From an uncultured Actinomycetota bacterium (GTDB lineage: Bacteria > Actinomycetota > Actinomycetes > Propionibacteriales > Nocardioidaceae): a stretch of 64,000 nt of DNA. The notes under the pieces were generated by a model. The model worked only from the letters and a program-made list of their open reading frames with translations. It ran no database searches and was not told where the DNA came from. The stretch covers positions 54,059 to 118,058 of the forward strand of contig CAWAFS010000031.1 of the NCBI GenBank assembly GCA_963781335.1. The letters are read 5' to 3'. Shown here piece after piece: positions 18,226 to 27,167 of the stretch. The translations under genes were made by a program, and so were the position numbers. How positions within the stretch are numbered: the first letter of the stretch is position 1; each line of letters starts with the position of its first letter.

Positions 18226-18243
18226 GGGCAGCCCGGGCTGCCC
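18226..18243. terminator. perfect 18-bp palindrome GGGCAGCCCGGGCTGCCC between convergent genes (bidirectional terminator candidate)
   Basis: Read directly. GC-rich hairpin without a U-tract. Confidence 0.45.
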
Positions 18244-18252
18244 GGCCCCAGC

Positions 18253-18897
18253 TCAGAGCTCGGAGACTGCCCTCCTGATCGGCGTCTCGCCGTTCAGCAC
18301 GTCGAAGGTGGTGCCGATCGTGTTGTCGGCCTCGAGCGCCTCGGCGAGCACATGGGCCACGTCTCCTCGGGTCACCGAACCGCGGTCCAGCGTGCCGAGC
18401 TGGACCCGACCGGTCGGGACGTCGTCGGTGAGCCGTCCCGGCCTGACCACCGTCCAGTCGAGGTCCCGTGCGCGCAGGTCGTCGTCGGCGGCCTGCTTGG
18501 CTCGCAGGTAGACCTGGAAGACGTCATCGGAGTCGGGGTCGGCGGCCTCGGTACCCATCGCGGAGACCATCAGGTAGCGGCGTACTCCGGCGGCCTCCGC
18601 GGCGTCGGCGAGCATGATCGCTGCATCCCTGTCGACGGTCTTCTTGCGCGCAGCGTTGCCGTCCGGGCCGCCCCCGGCGGCGAACACGACCGCGTCGGCG
18701 CCGCGCACGATCTCCGTCATCGCCTCGAGGTCGGTGTTCTCGAGGTCGATCATGGCGGCCTCCGCCCCGTCCCCCTCGAGGTCGGTGACGTGCTCGGGCT
18801 TGCGGATCATGCCGACCGGCTGGTGCCCGGCCGCGCTGACCAGCCTGCTCAGCTGGCGTGCGATCTGGCCATGGCCGCCCGCGATGACGATGCGCAT
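18253..18897 (-). CDS. NAD(P)H-binding protein (NmrA/SDR-like)
   Basis: Rossmann N-terminus MRIVIAGGHGQIARQL, 214 aa. Confidence 0.8.
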   Translation of the reverse strand: MRIVIAGGHGQIARQLSRLVSAAGHQPVGMIRKPEHVTDLEGDGAEAAMIDLENTDLEAMTEIVRGADAVVFAAGGGPDGNAARKKTVDRDAAIMLADAAEAAGVRRYLMVSAMGTEAADPDSDDVFQVYLRAKQAADDDLRARDLDWTVVRPGRLTDDVPTGRVQLGTLDRGSVTRGDVAHVLAEALEADNTIGTTFDVLNGETPIRRAVSEL

Positions 18898-18962
18898 CTG
18901 TTCTCCTGCTGGTGGGGGGGTGAGTCACCTCGACCGTAGCGACTGCTGGGTAGCCTTCGCTC

Positions 18963-19824
18963 ATGTCCGTTGCCCTGGTCACCGACTCGACCGCCTCGCT
19001 CTCCGCCCAGTCGGTCGCCGAGCACCGCATCACGGTGGTGCCCCTGCAGGTGGTCATCGGGGCGACGTCGTACGACGAGAGCGGTGGCGCGGACGCGGTC
19101 ACGCCGCAGATGCTCGCCGACGCCCTCAAGGAGTGGACCCCGGTCAGCACGTCGCGACCCAACCCGGAGGCCATCCTCGAGACCTACGAGAAGCTCGCGG
19201 CACAAGGGGCCCGAGCCATCGTCTCGGTGCACATCTCCGGCGAGCTGAGCGGAACCTTCGAGTCGGCGCAGCTTGCCGCGCGCAGGTGCTCGCTGCCGGT
19301 GACGTTGGTTGACTCCAGGCAGGTCGGCATGGGGACGGGGTATGCCGTCCTGGCCGCGGCCGAGGCTCTCGCGGAGGGAGCCGACGCGGAGACAGCCGGG
19401 GCCGCCGCCAGGACCCGCGCTGCCAACACCACCTCGCTGTTCTACGTCGACACCCTGGAGTACCTCCGCCGTGGTGGGCGCATGGGTGCTGCCGCGGCCC
19501 TGCTCGGCTCCGCGCTCGCGGTCAAGCCCATCCTGCGGGTGGAGGACGGGCGGGTCTGCCCGTTCGAGAAGGTCCGCACCTCGGCCAAGGCGCTCTCGCG
19601 CCTGGAGGAGCTGGCCGTCGAGGCCGCTCTGGACGGACAGGTCGACGTCGCGGTCGCCCACCTGGCGAGCCCCGACCGGGCCTCCGACCTGGCCGAACCG
19701 CCTCGCGGAGAGGCTCGAGGCAGGGCTGGGGGAGCGAGAAGTGTCCCTGGGCGAGATCGGGGCAGTCCTGGGGGCCCATGTCGGGCCGGGGATGGTGGCT
19801 GTCGCGGTGTCGCGACGCAGCTGA
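18963..19824 (+). pseudogene. DegV family fatty-acid-binding protein, frameshifted near 19698
   Basis: MSVALVTDSTASL...VSVHISGELSGTF...YVDTLEYLRRGGR is typical DegV. The conserved C-terminus RLAERLEAGLGEREVSLGEIGAVLGAHVGPGMVAVAVSRRS is in the +1 frame (ORF 19309..19824). The join implies one extra C in GAACCGCC. Confidence 0.8.
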
Positions 19825-19912
19825 GCGTGCACACGCCCGGGCTCCCGCTGGTTGTCCACAGGCCAACGATTCGTGCTTTCGCCCGACCGCCCCACTTCCT
19901 AGCGTCGGGGGC

Positions 19913-20854
19913 ATGCACAGGCAGGCACAGCAGGAGGTCGCGGCCGCGGCCCGGCGTCGACTCGAGCTGTTGGGCCGCGAGCTCGACCAGGCAGGGCTGA
20001 GACGGGTCGACGAGCTCGACCATGAGCCGAGCCACCGACCCGACCCGGACGGTCCGGACACGCGCCTGCCGGACCCTGCCACCGTCGCTCCGGTCGGCCG
20101 GCACCTGCGCGAGGCACGACCTGGACCTGCGCGCCGTCTGGGTGGCCGTCTGGGTGGCTGGCTGGGTGATCGGGTGCCGGAGACCTTGCGGGGCCGCGCC
20201 GGGCTCGACCCCGGACCGGTGCTGCTGGTCGTGGCGCTGGTGGCGTTGGCTGTGACCGCGACCGCATTCGTGGTGCTGCGGATGGGGGGTGACGCCGAGA
20301 CTGTTCCCCGGAGCCCCGCGCTGCAGACCCGCTCCGGCTCCCCGTCCCCGCTGGTCCCGTCCCCGCTGGTCCCGTCGGCAGCGACAACGGCTGCCTCGGC
20401 AGCCGTCCCGGGGAGCGCTCAGGGGAGCGTCACCGTCGACGTCGCGGGGAAGGTACGCCGGCCCGGTGTTGCCACCCTGCCGGCCGGGTCCCGGGTCGTC
20501 GACGCCCTGAAGCGGGCCGGTGGTGCTCGAGGGCGAGTGGACCTCAGCACGCTGAACCTGGCACGCGTCCTGGTCGACGGTGAACAGATCCTGGTCGGCC
20601 GACCAGCCGCACCAGGCGGCCTGGCCGCCAGCGCGAGCACCGCCGCTCCCGACGCGACAGGAGCCTTGGTCAACCTCAACACCGCCACGTCCGACCAGCT
20701 CGACACCCTGCCGGGGGTGGGGCCGGTCACTGCCCAGAAGATCCTCGACTGGCGCACCGCCAACGGCGCCTTCTCCTCGGTCGACGAGCTGCTGGAGGTC
20801 GACGGCATCGGGGAGAAGACGCTTGCGGAGCTGGCGCCGCACGTCACGCTGTGA
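19913..20854 (+). CDS. comEA: ComEA family DNA-binding protein
   Basis: SLBB-like region (VTVDVAGKVRRPGVATLPAGSRVVDAL) and helix-hairpin-helix (LNTATSDQLDTLPGVGPVTAQKILDWR). Start at ATG 19913. Confidence 0.88.
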   Translation: MHRQAQQEVAAAARRRLELLGRELDQAGLRRVDELDHEPSHRPDPDGPDTRLPDPATVAPVGRHLREARPGPARRLGGRLGGWLGDRVPETLRGRAGLDPGPVLLVVALVALAVTATAFVVLRMGGDAETVPRSPALQTRSGSPSPLVPSPLVPSAATTAASAAVPGSAQGSVTVDVAGKVRRPGVATLPAGSRVVDALKRAGGARGRVDLSTLNLARVLVDGEQILVGRPAAPGGLAASASTAAPDATGALVNLNTATSDQLDTLPGVGPVTAQKILDWRTANGAFSSVDELLEVDGIGEKTLAELAPHVTL

Positions 20855-23154
20855 CCGCTCCGGCGGGCTCGGGTGTCGACCTGAGGGCGCCCGTTCTCGG
20901 GGCAGTGGCGTGGGGTGCCGCGCTGGTCGCCCTGCTCACTCCCCTGTGGGTCGGACTCGTGCTGCTGGGCATCGCCTGCGTGAACCTCGTCCACCGGCAC
21001 CGCCGCGGGCGGGCGACCCTGACCGGGCTGGCCTGGGTGGTGGCCGGCTGTGGCGTGGCGCTCTCGGCCTCCCTGCGCGCCGAGGGTGTGCACAACAACG
21101 CCGTCGACACCCTCGCGCGATCGCAGGCAACCGTCGACGCACAGGTGGTGGTGACCTCCGACGCGGTGCTCCGCCGTGGGCGCTTCGAGGACTACGTCGT
21201 CCTCCGGGCGCGCACCGTCAGCGTCGCGGGGAGGGGAGTGCGACACCGGGTGCGCGCGCCGGTGCTGGTGCTCGCCGACCCGAGATGGCAACGGCTGACC
21301 CCCGGCAGCAGGTTGCAGGTCTCCGGCCGGCTCCAGCAGTCGAGCACCCGCGACCTCGCCGGGGTGCTCAGCACCCGCGGACCTCCGGTCGTCCTCGAAC
21401 GACCCGGTTCCATGCTGCGTGGCGCCGACCGGTTGCGCGCTTCCATCCGCAGCTCCGTGGATGACCGGGCACCCGGGCCGCGAGCGCTGGTGCCCGCCCT
21501 CGTCGACGGGGACGACGCAGCCATGCCCGACGAGCTGAGCGACGCCTTTCGCACCGCCGGGCTCACGCACCTGCTGGCCGTCTCCGGGACCAACCTGACG
21601 CTCGTGGTCGGGAGCCTGCTGCTTCTGGCGCGATGGGTAGGAGTCCGGGCCCGCGGGCTGGTTCTCGTCGGGGCCCTGGGAGTCGTGGGCTTCGTGCTCC
21701 TGGCGCGGACCGAGCCGAGCGTCGTCCGAGCAGCGGCGATGGGGACGGTCGGGCTGATCGGCATGGGTCATCACGGGCGACGCCGCGGCACCCGTGCCCT
21801 GGGTGCCGCCGTCTTCCTGCTCCTCCTGCTCGACCCCTGGCTGGCTCTCTCGATGGGCTTTGCCCTGTCCTGTCTGGCCACGGCCGGGATCCTGTGGCTG
21901 GCTCCCGGTTGGCGCGACCGGCTGATGCGCTGGCTGCCACGCTGGGTCGCCGAGGCGGTCTCGATCCCGCTAGCCGCCCAGATCGCGTGTACGCCGCTCG
22001 TGGCGGCCATCTCCGGCCAGGTGAGCCTGGTGGCCGTCGTGGCCAACCTGCTGGCCGCGCCGGCCGTCGGTCCGGCCACGGTCCTCGGGTTGGCCGGTGG
22101 ACTCGTCGGCCTCGTCTCCGCCGCGCTCGGCACGGTGGTGGCCACCCCGGGAGCCTGGTCTGCGCAGTGGATCATCGCCGTGGCGGTTCGTTGCGCGGAT
22201 CTGCCGGTGGCAGCTGTGGGCTGGTCTGCAGGTCCGATCGGCGTCGCGATCCTCAGCGCGCTCTGTCTGGCGCTGTCGCTCGTCCTCGGTGCCCTTCTGG
22301 CGAGACGCACCACGACGCTGTTCCTCGGGTCGCTGATGGTCTGCGTGCTGCTCGTCCCGCTGCCGACTCCCGGCTGGCCGCCGGACGGGTGGGTGATGGT
22401 CGCGTGCGACGTGGGGCAGGGCGACGGGCTGGTGCTCAACGCCGGGCAGGGGACCGCGCTGGTCGTGGACGCCGGCCCCGACCCCTCGGCCGTGCACCGC
22501 TGCCTGGCGCGGTTGGGGATCCAGCGGGTGCCACTGGTGGTGCTCACGCACTTCCACGCCGACCATGTCGACGGTCTGGAAGGGGTCCTGGAGAGCCGGA
22601 CGGTGGGCGCCGTCGAGGTCACCTCGCTGGCAGACCCGTTGTCCGGTGTCCGGCTGGTCCAGGCGGTGGCTGCCCGTGCGGGCGTTCCGGTGCAGCGGGC
22701 GGCGTACGGCGAGACGAGGCGTCTGGGTCCGCTCAGCTGGCAGGTGGTTGCGCCGTCCAGCCCACCGTCGCGCGGCTCCGAGTCGCCACCCAACGACGCC
22801 AGCGTCGTGCTGCTCGTCGAGACTCACGGCATCCGGATCCTGCTCATGGGCGACCAGGAGGACGGGTCCCAGGCACAGCTGCGGCGCGAGACCGGGGGAC
22901 TGCGGGCCGACGTGCTCAAGGTGGCCCATCACGGCAGCGCGAGCCAGGATCCGCAGCTCGTCCGGGGCCTGGGGGCCAGGATGGCGCTGATCTCGGTCGG
23001 CGTCGACAACGACTACGGCCACCCAGCTCCATCGCTGATGGCTCTCCTGCGCGAGGCGGGCATGAGCATCGCCCGCACCGACAGGGAGGGCGACGTGGCG
23101 GTCGTCGTGGACGGTGGCCTACGGGTCGCCCACCGGGGCAGGGTCATTCCCTGA
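20851..23154 (+). CDS. comEC: ComEC/Rec2 family competence protein with C-terminal MBL domain
   Basis: Polytopic membrane core plus metallo-beta-lactamase motif LTHFHADHVDG. GTGA overlap with comEA. Confidence 0.9.
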   Translation: MTAPAGSGVDLRAPVLGAVAWGAALVALLTPLWVGLVLLGIACVNLVHRHRRGRATLTGLAWVVAGCGVALSASLRAEGVHNNAVDTLARSQATVDAQVVVTSDAVLRRGRFEDYVVLRARTVSVAGRGVRHRVRAPVLVLADPRWQRLTPGSRLQVSGRLQQSSTRDLAGVLSTRGPPVVLERPGSMLRGADRLRASIRSSVDDRAPGPRALVPALVDGDDAAMPDELSDAFRTAGLTHLLAVSGTNLTLVVGSLLLLARWVGVRARGLVLVGALGVVGFVLLARTEPSVVRAAAMGTVGLIGMGHHGRRRGTRALGAAVFLLLLLDPWLALSMGFALSCLATAGILWLAPGWRDRLMRWLPRWVAEAVSIPLAAQIACTPLVAAISGQVSLVAVVANLLAAPAVGPATVLGLAGGLVGLVSAALGTVVATPGAWSAQWIIAVAVRCADLPVAAVGWSAGPIGVAILSALCLALSLVLGALLARRTTTLFLGSLMVCVLLVPLPTPGWPPDGWVMVACDVGQGDGLVLNAGQGTALVVDAGPDPSAVHRCLARLGIQRVPLVVLTHFHADHVDGLEGVLESRTVGAVEVTSLADPLSGVRLVQAVAARAGVPVQRAAYGETRRLGPLSWQVVAPSSPPSRGSESPPNDASVVLLVETHGIRILLMGDQEDGSQAQLRRETGGLRADVLKVAHHGSASQDPQLVRGLGARMALISVGVDNDYGHPAPSLMALLREAGMSIARTDREGDVAVVVDGGLRVAHRGRVIP

Positions 23155-23187
23155 GGGGGCAGCGTCATTGCCTGATGCGGGGCGTTC

Positions 23188-24609
23188 TCACTGGGCGGCG
23201 ACATCGGTGTCGAGCAGGTAGCCCCCGTCGCTGCCCGTCACCAGGCCCTCGCGCTTGCGCTCGGTGCTCACCTTGCCGTCCGTCGAGCGGTAGGTGAGCG
23301 TCACCTCGACGACGTCACTGTCCTCACTCGCCTCTGCGGAGCTCACGTCCACCGACTCGATGGTGCGCCAGAAGGCGTCGTAGGAGCCACGCCCCTGCTC
23401 CTGCAGGCTGGGGCCGAGCATCTCCCATGCCTCGTCGGTCCCGCCGGGCGCCTGGGCGTAGTAGTCGCGCACGAACGCTTCCTTGGCCTGTGCCTCCGAT
23501 TCCGGGCTCTCCTGTGCGGGCTCCTCCTGCTGCTGCTCCTTCTGGGCGGGGGTGTTCGTGTCCTGGGCAGTGCCGGGTTGCTCCCGGTCACCGAGCTGGA
23601 CGACGGCCCATCCCAGTCCCGCGAGGACCAGTAGTGCGGCTGCCGCCAGCCGAGCTGTGCGGCGGCCAGGACGGCGCCGGCCGGGGTTCCCCGATCGTGG
23701 CGAGGCGACTGCTGGCGGCGGAGCCGCAGTGGCTCGCGGCGGGCTGGGAGCCTGGGCCGCGACCATGACGGATTCGCGCGTGTGCCTCATGGTTGCGTCC
23801 GGACGATGTGAGTCCGCGATCTTGCGGAGCACGTGTGCGGCGTCCTCCATCGACCACCGTGATTCCGGTTCCCGGTCGAGCATCCTCTGCAAGGCAGGTT
23901 CCAGGAACTCCGCACGTCGCGGACGCCGCAGTGGAGTCGAGACGATGTCATGCAGCACCGCGAGCGGGTTGCTGCGTTTCTCGTACGGCGAGCGCCCCTC
24001 GACTGCGGCGTAGAGGGTGGCACCGAGTGCCCAGACGTCGTCCTTGGGGCTCGGCGCGTCACCGTGCGCGAGCGCGGGAGAGAAGTAGCTCGGCGTGCCC
24101 GTGACGTACCCGGCGCCGGTCAGGGTCTGGTCGCCGGCTGTTCGTGCGATCCCGAAGTCGCTGATCTTCGCGATGTCGTCGTCCCTGATGAGCACGTTGC
24201 CGGGTTTGACGTCACGGTGCATCGTCCCGGCCGCGTGCAGTGCGGCGAGTCCGTCGGCAACCTGTGCTCCGATCTCGGCGACCGTGGCCGGGTCGAGTGC
24301 GCCGTCCTGCTTGATGATCTGGGACAACGACCGACCGGGAACATGCTCCATGACCAGCCAGATGTGGCCGGCGTCCTCCACCACGTCGAAGACGGTGACC
24401 ACGTGGGGATGACTCAGGCCGGCGGAGGAACGCGCCTCACGGAGGGCTCGTGCGGAGTCGGTCACGGACTCGCCCGGCAGCAGGCCGACCTGTTTGACGG
24501 CCACGACACGGTGCAGCGTCTCGTCGCGGCACAGCCAGACGGTCCCCATGGCGCCCCGACCGATCGCGGACTCCACGCGGTACCTGCCGCCGATGATCTC
24601 CGGCTGCAT
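23188..24609 (-). CDS. serine/threonine protein kinase with TM helix and extracellular C-terminal domain
   Basis: GRGAMGTVW...VAVK, HRDVKPGN, DFG, SPA motifs. Start at ATG 24609 (MQPEIIGGRYRV); the track ORF has an 83-aa upstream extension. Confidence 0.92.
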   Translation of the reverse strand: MQPEIIGGRYRVESAIGRGAMGTVWLCRDETLHRVVAVKQVGLLPGESVTDSARALREARSSAGLSHPHVVTVFDVVEDAGHIWLVMEHVPGRSLSQIIKQDGALDPATVAEIGAQVADGLAALHAAGTMHRDVKPGNVLIRDDDIAKISDFGIARTAGDQTLTGAGYVTGTPSYFSPALAHGDAPSPKDDVWALGATLYAAVEGRSPYEKRSNPLAVLHDIVSTPLRRPRRAEFLEPALQRMLDREPESRWSMEDAAHVLRKIADSHRPDATMRHTRESVMVAAQAPSPPRATAAPPPAVASPRSGNPGRRRPGRRTARLAAAALLVLAGLGWAVVQLGDREQPGTAQDTNTPAQKEQQQEEPAQESPESEAQAKEAFVRDYYAQAPGGTDEAWEMLGPSLQEQGRGSYDAFWRTIESVDVSSAEASEDSDVVEVTLTYRSTDGKVSTERKREGLVTGSDGGYLLDTDVAAQ

Positions 24610-24727
24610 GTGTCCTCTCAGTGAGTGGGATGGGCAATTCCTGTGGGAGTACCCACCTCCGGTTCGTCCATTCCTGTGCGTGACTCCGGCCAGCGAGCAC
24701 GCGGCCGATCGGTGACAGGCTGGTGCC

Positions 24728-25579
24728 GTGACGACGTACTCCTTCTCCCAGGTCGACGTGTTCGCCCCTGTGCCCCTGACCGGCAACCCGGTGGCGGTGG
24801 TGCACGATGCCGTCGGACTGGGCGACGCGCAGATGGCCGCGTTCGCCCGGTGGACCAACCTGTCCGAGACGACCTTCCTGCTGCCACCGACGGATCCGTC
24901 GGCGGACTACCGGCTGCGGATCTTCACCCCGTTGAGCGAGCTGCCCTTTGCGGGGCACCCGACGCTCGGAAGCGCGCATGCCTGGCTCGGAGGTGGGGGT
25001 GTTCCGGCGCACGAGGGTCGCATCGTGCAGGAATGCGGCGTCGGCCTGGTCGAGCTCCGCCGTGAGGACCGGACGCTTGCCTTCCGGGCTCCTGACCTGC
25101 TCCGAGCCGGTGAGGTGGACCAGGAGACCGCCGCCCGCGCGATCGCAGCCCTGGGGATCGCGTCCGAGCGAGTGCTCCGCATCAACTGGGTCGACAACGG
25201 ACCCGGCTGGCTCGGTGTCCAGCTGGCGAGCGCCGACGACGTGCTGGGCCTGACTCCGGACTTCGTCGCGATGCGTGGCCTCGAGATCGGTGTCATCGGA
25301 GCCCACCAGGAACACGTCGCTCGGGAGCTCGGCGTCGGCTACGAGGTCCGCGCGTTCTGTCCGGGGTACGCCGTGCCGGAGGACCCGGTCACCGGCAGCC
25401 TCAATGCGGGCCTCGCCCTGTGGTTGACCCGCGAAGGACACCTCCCCTCCGACTACGTGGCCCGACAGGGCACGGCGATGGGCCGGGACGGACGGGTGCG
25501 GATCCGGACCGACGAGAGCGGCGACATCTGGATCGGCGGGAGCTGTCGCACGCTGGTCGAGGGCTCCCTGACGCTCTGA
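24728..25579 (+). CDS. PhzF family isomerase
   Basis: FSQVDVFAPVPLTGNPVAVV...SETTFL...RIFTP..ELPFAGHPTLG are PhzF hallmarks. Confidence 0.88.
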   Translation: MTTYSFSQVDVFAPVPLTGNPVAVVHDAVGLGDAQMAAFARWTNLSETTFLLPPTDPSADYRLRIFTPLSELPFAGHPTLGSAHAWLGGGGVPAHEGRIVQECGVGLVELRREDRTLAFRAPDLLRAGEVDQETAARAIAALGIASERVLRINWVDNGPGWLGVQLASADDVLGLTPDFVAMRGLEIGVIGAHQEHVARELGVGYEVRAFCPGYAVPEDPVTGSLNAGLALWLTREGHLPSDYVARQGTAMGRDGRVRIRTDESGDIWIGGSCRTLVEGSLTL

Positions 25580-25628
25580 GGCCGCCCTCTGGCCCTGGGC
25601 TGTCTGCATCACATGAGAAGGTGCGCTC

Positions 25629-26612
25629 ATGGTCAACCCGCAGCCGCAGGACGTCCTGGGACGGATCACCCTGGTGAGCGGGCCCGAGGAGTTCCTGGGG
25701 GAGCGTGCCATCGCCGACGTCCGCACGGCGGTGCGTGCCCACGACGGGGAGGCGGAGTTCTCCGAGACCTCGGCTGCCTCGCTCACGATGGCCACGTTGG
25801 GTGACCTGGCCGCACCCTCGCTGTTCTCCACCACTCGTTGCGTCGTCGTACGTCGCCTCGAGGACCTGCCCGAGGAGTCCCACCCCGGTCTGCTGGACTA
25901 CGCGGCGGAGCCGGCCGAGGACGTCGCGCTGGTGCTCGCCCATGGCGGCGGCTCCAAGGGCAGCGGGTTGCTGACCAAGCTGCGCAAGCTCCCGGCCGTC
26001 ACCGAGGTGAAGTCCGCGCCGTTGACCGCGCGGGAGTTCCCCGGGTTCGTGGTCAACCAGCTGCGGGCGCGCAAGGTGCGCATCGATCCCGATGCCGCGG
26101 ACTTCCTGATCCAGGCCGTCGGTCAGGACCTGCGGTCGCTCTCGGCCGCTGCCGGCCAGCTCGCCGACGACTTCGAGGGCCAGCCGCTCACCGTCGCGAT
26201 GGTGAAGAAGTACTTCGGTGGCCGGGCCGAGGCCAAGTCCTTCGCGGTGGCCGACCACACCATCTACGGCCAGACCGCGAAGGCGCTCGAGGAGCTGCGC
26301 TGGGCGCTCGAGGGCGGGATGTCCCCGGTCCTGGCCACCAGCGCCATGGCAGCCGGTCTGCGCAGCCTGGCCAGGTTCATGTCCGCGCCCCGCGGCATGC
26401 GCAACAACGACCTGATGCGTGAGGTCGGGGTGCCTGCGTGGAAGCTGGACACGTTGCGCCGGCAGTCACACGGTTGGGACGACGACGGTGTGGGCCGGGC
26501 GATCCGGACGGTTGCGCGGGCCGACGCCGACATCAAGGGGCAGGCCAGCGACCCGGCCTACGCACTGGAGAAGATGGTGCTCGACGTCGTCGGTTCGCGA
26601 CCCAGCCGCTAG
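25629..26612 (+). CDS. holA: DNA polymerase III subunit delta
   Basis: Length, N-terminal clamp-loader fold pattern, and conserved position after comEC and before rpsT. Confidence 0.85.
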   Translation: MVNPQPQDVLGRITLVSGPEEFLGERAIADVRTAVRAHDGEAEFSETSAASLTMATLGDLAAPSLFSTTRCVVVRRLEDLPEESHPGLLDYAAEPAEDVALVLAHGGGSKGSGLLTKLRKLPAVTEVKSAPLTAREFPGFVVNQLRARKVRIDPDAADFLIQAVGQDLRSLSAAAGQLADDFEGQPLTVAMVKKYFGGRAEAKSFAVADHTIYGQTAKALEELRWALEGGMSPVLATSAMAAGLRSLARFMSAPRGMRNNDLMREVGVPAWKLDTLRRQSHGWDDDGVGRAIRTVARADADIKGQASDPAYALEKMVLDVVGSRPSR

Positions 26613-26685
26613 TCAGGGCAGCACAAAGGCGCCGGCCCGAGGGCACGACGCCTGGTGCGGTGGGCTGGTCAGCCCTGAAAGGTCC

Positions 26686-26946
26686 TCAGAGCGACGAGGC
26701 CTGCTTGTTGATCGCCGACTTGCGGTTGGCGGCCTGGTTCTTGTGGATGACGCCCTTGGAGGCGGCCTTGTCGAGGCGCTTCGCGGCGTCGAGGGCAGCG
26801 GCCTTCGCCTCGTCGGAGTTGCCGGCCTCGGCGGCAGCGCGGAACTTGCGCACGGAGGTCTTCAGCGCGGACTTCACAGCCTTGTTGCGCTCGTGGGCAG
26901 CGTCGTTCTGCCGGTTGCGCTTGATCTGGGACTTGATGTTCGCCAC
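26686..26946 (-). CDS. rpsT: 30S ribosomal protein S20
   Basis: [14 protein letters not shown]... 86 aa, basic. Confidence 0.97.
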   Translation of the reverse strand: MANIKSQIKRNRQNDAAHERNKAVKSALKTSVRKFRAAAEAGNSDEAKAAALDAAKRLDKAASKGVIHKNQAANRKSAINKQASSL

Positions 26947-27167
26947 TGCAGGCTCGCCTCGTTTGTTGAGAATCAGATTCGGGGGTGTCTGATCATGCTC
27001 CAGACACGAAGGGAAACGATATCAGCGGGCGGCAGTCGTCCCAAATCGACGACCTGCCGGTTCGATGCCTGTGCTCTCGTGCCAGTCGAGATCCACGGCC
27101 GTCACAGTGGGCGGGCCCGCCCGCTACCCAGGTGCGTGCCCACCCGGCGGGTCGTTAGGTTGGCCGG

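Noticed and set aside
23119-23190. Imperfect direct repeat GTCATTcCCTGA / GTCATTgCCTGA at the convergent comEC and kinase gene ends
   Set aside because: It is short (12 nt with 1 mismatch), partly overlaps the comEC stop, and suggests no function.
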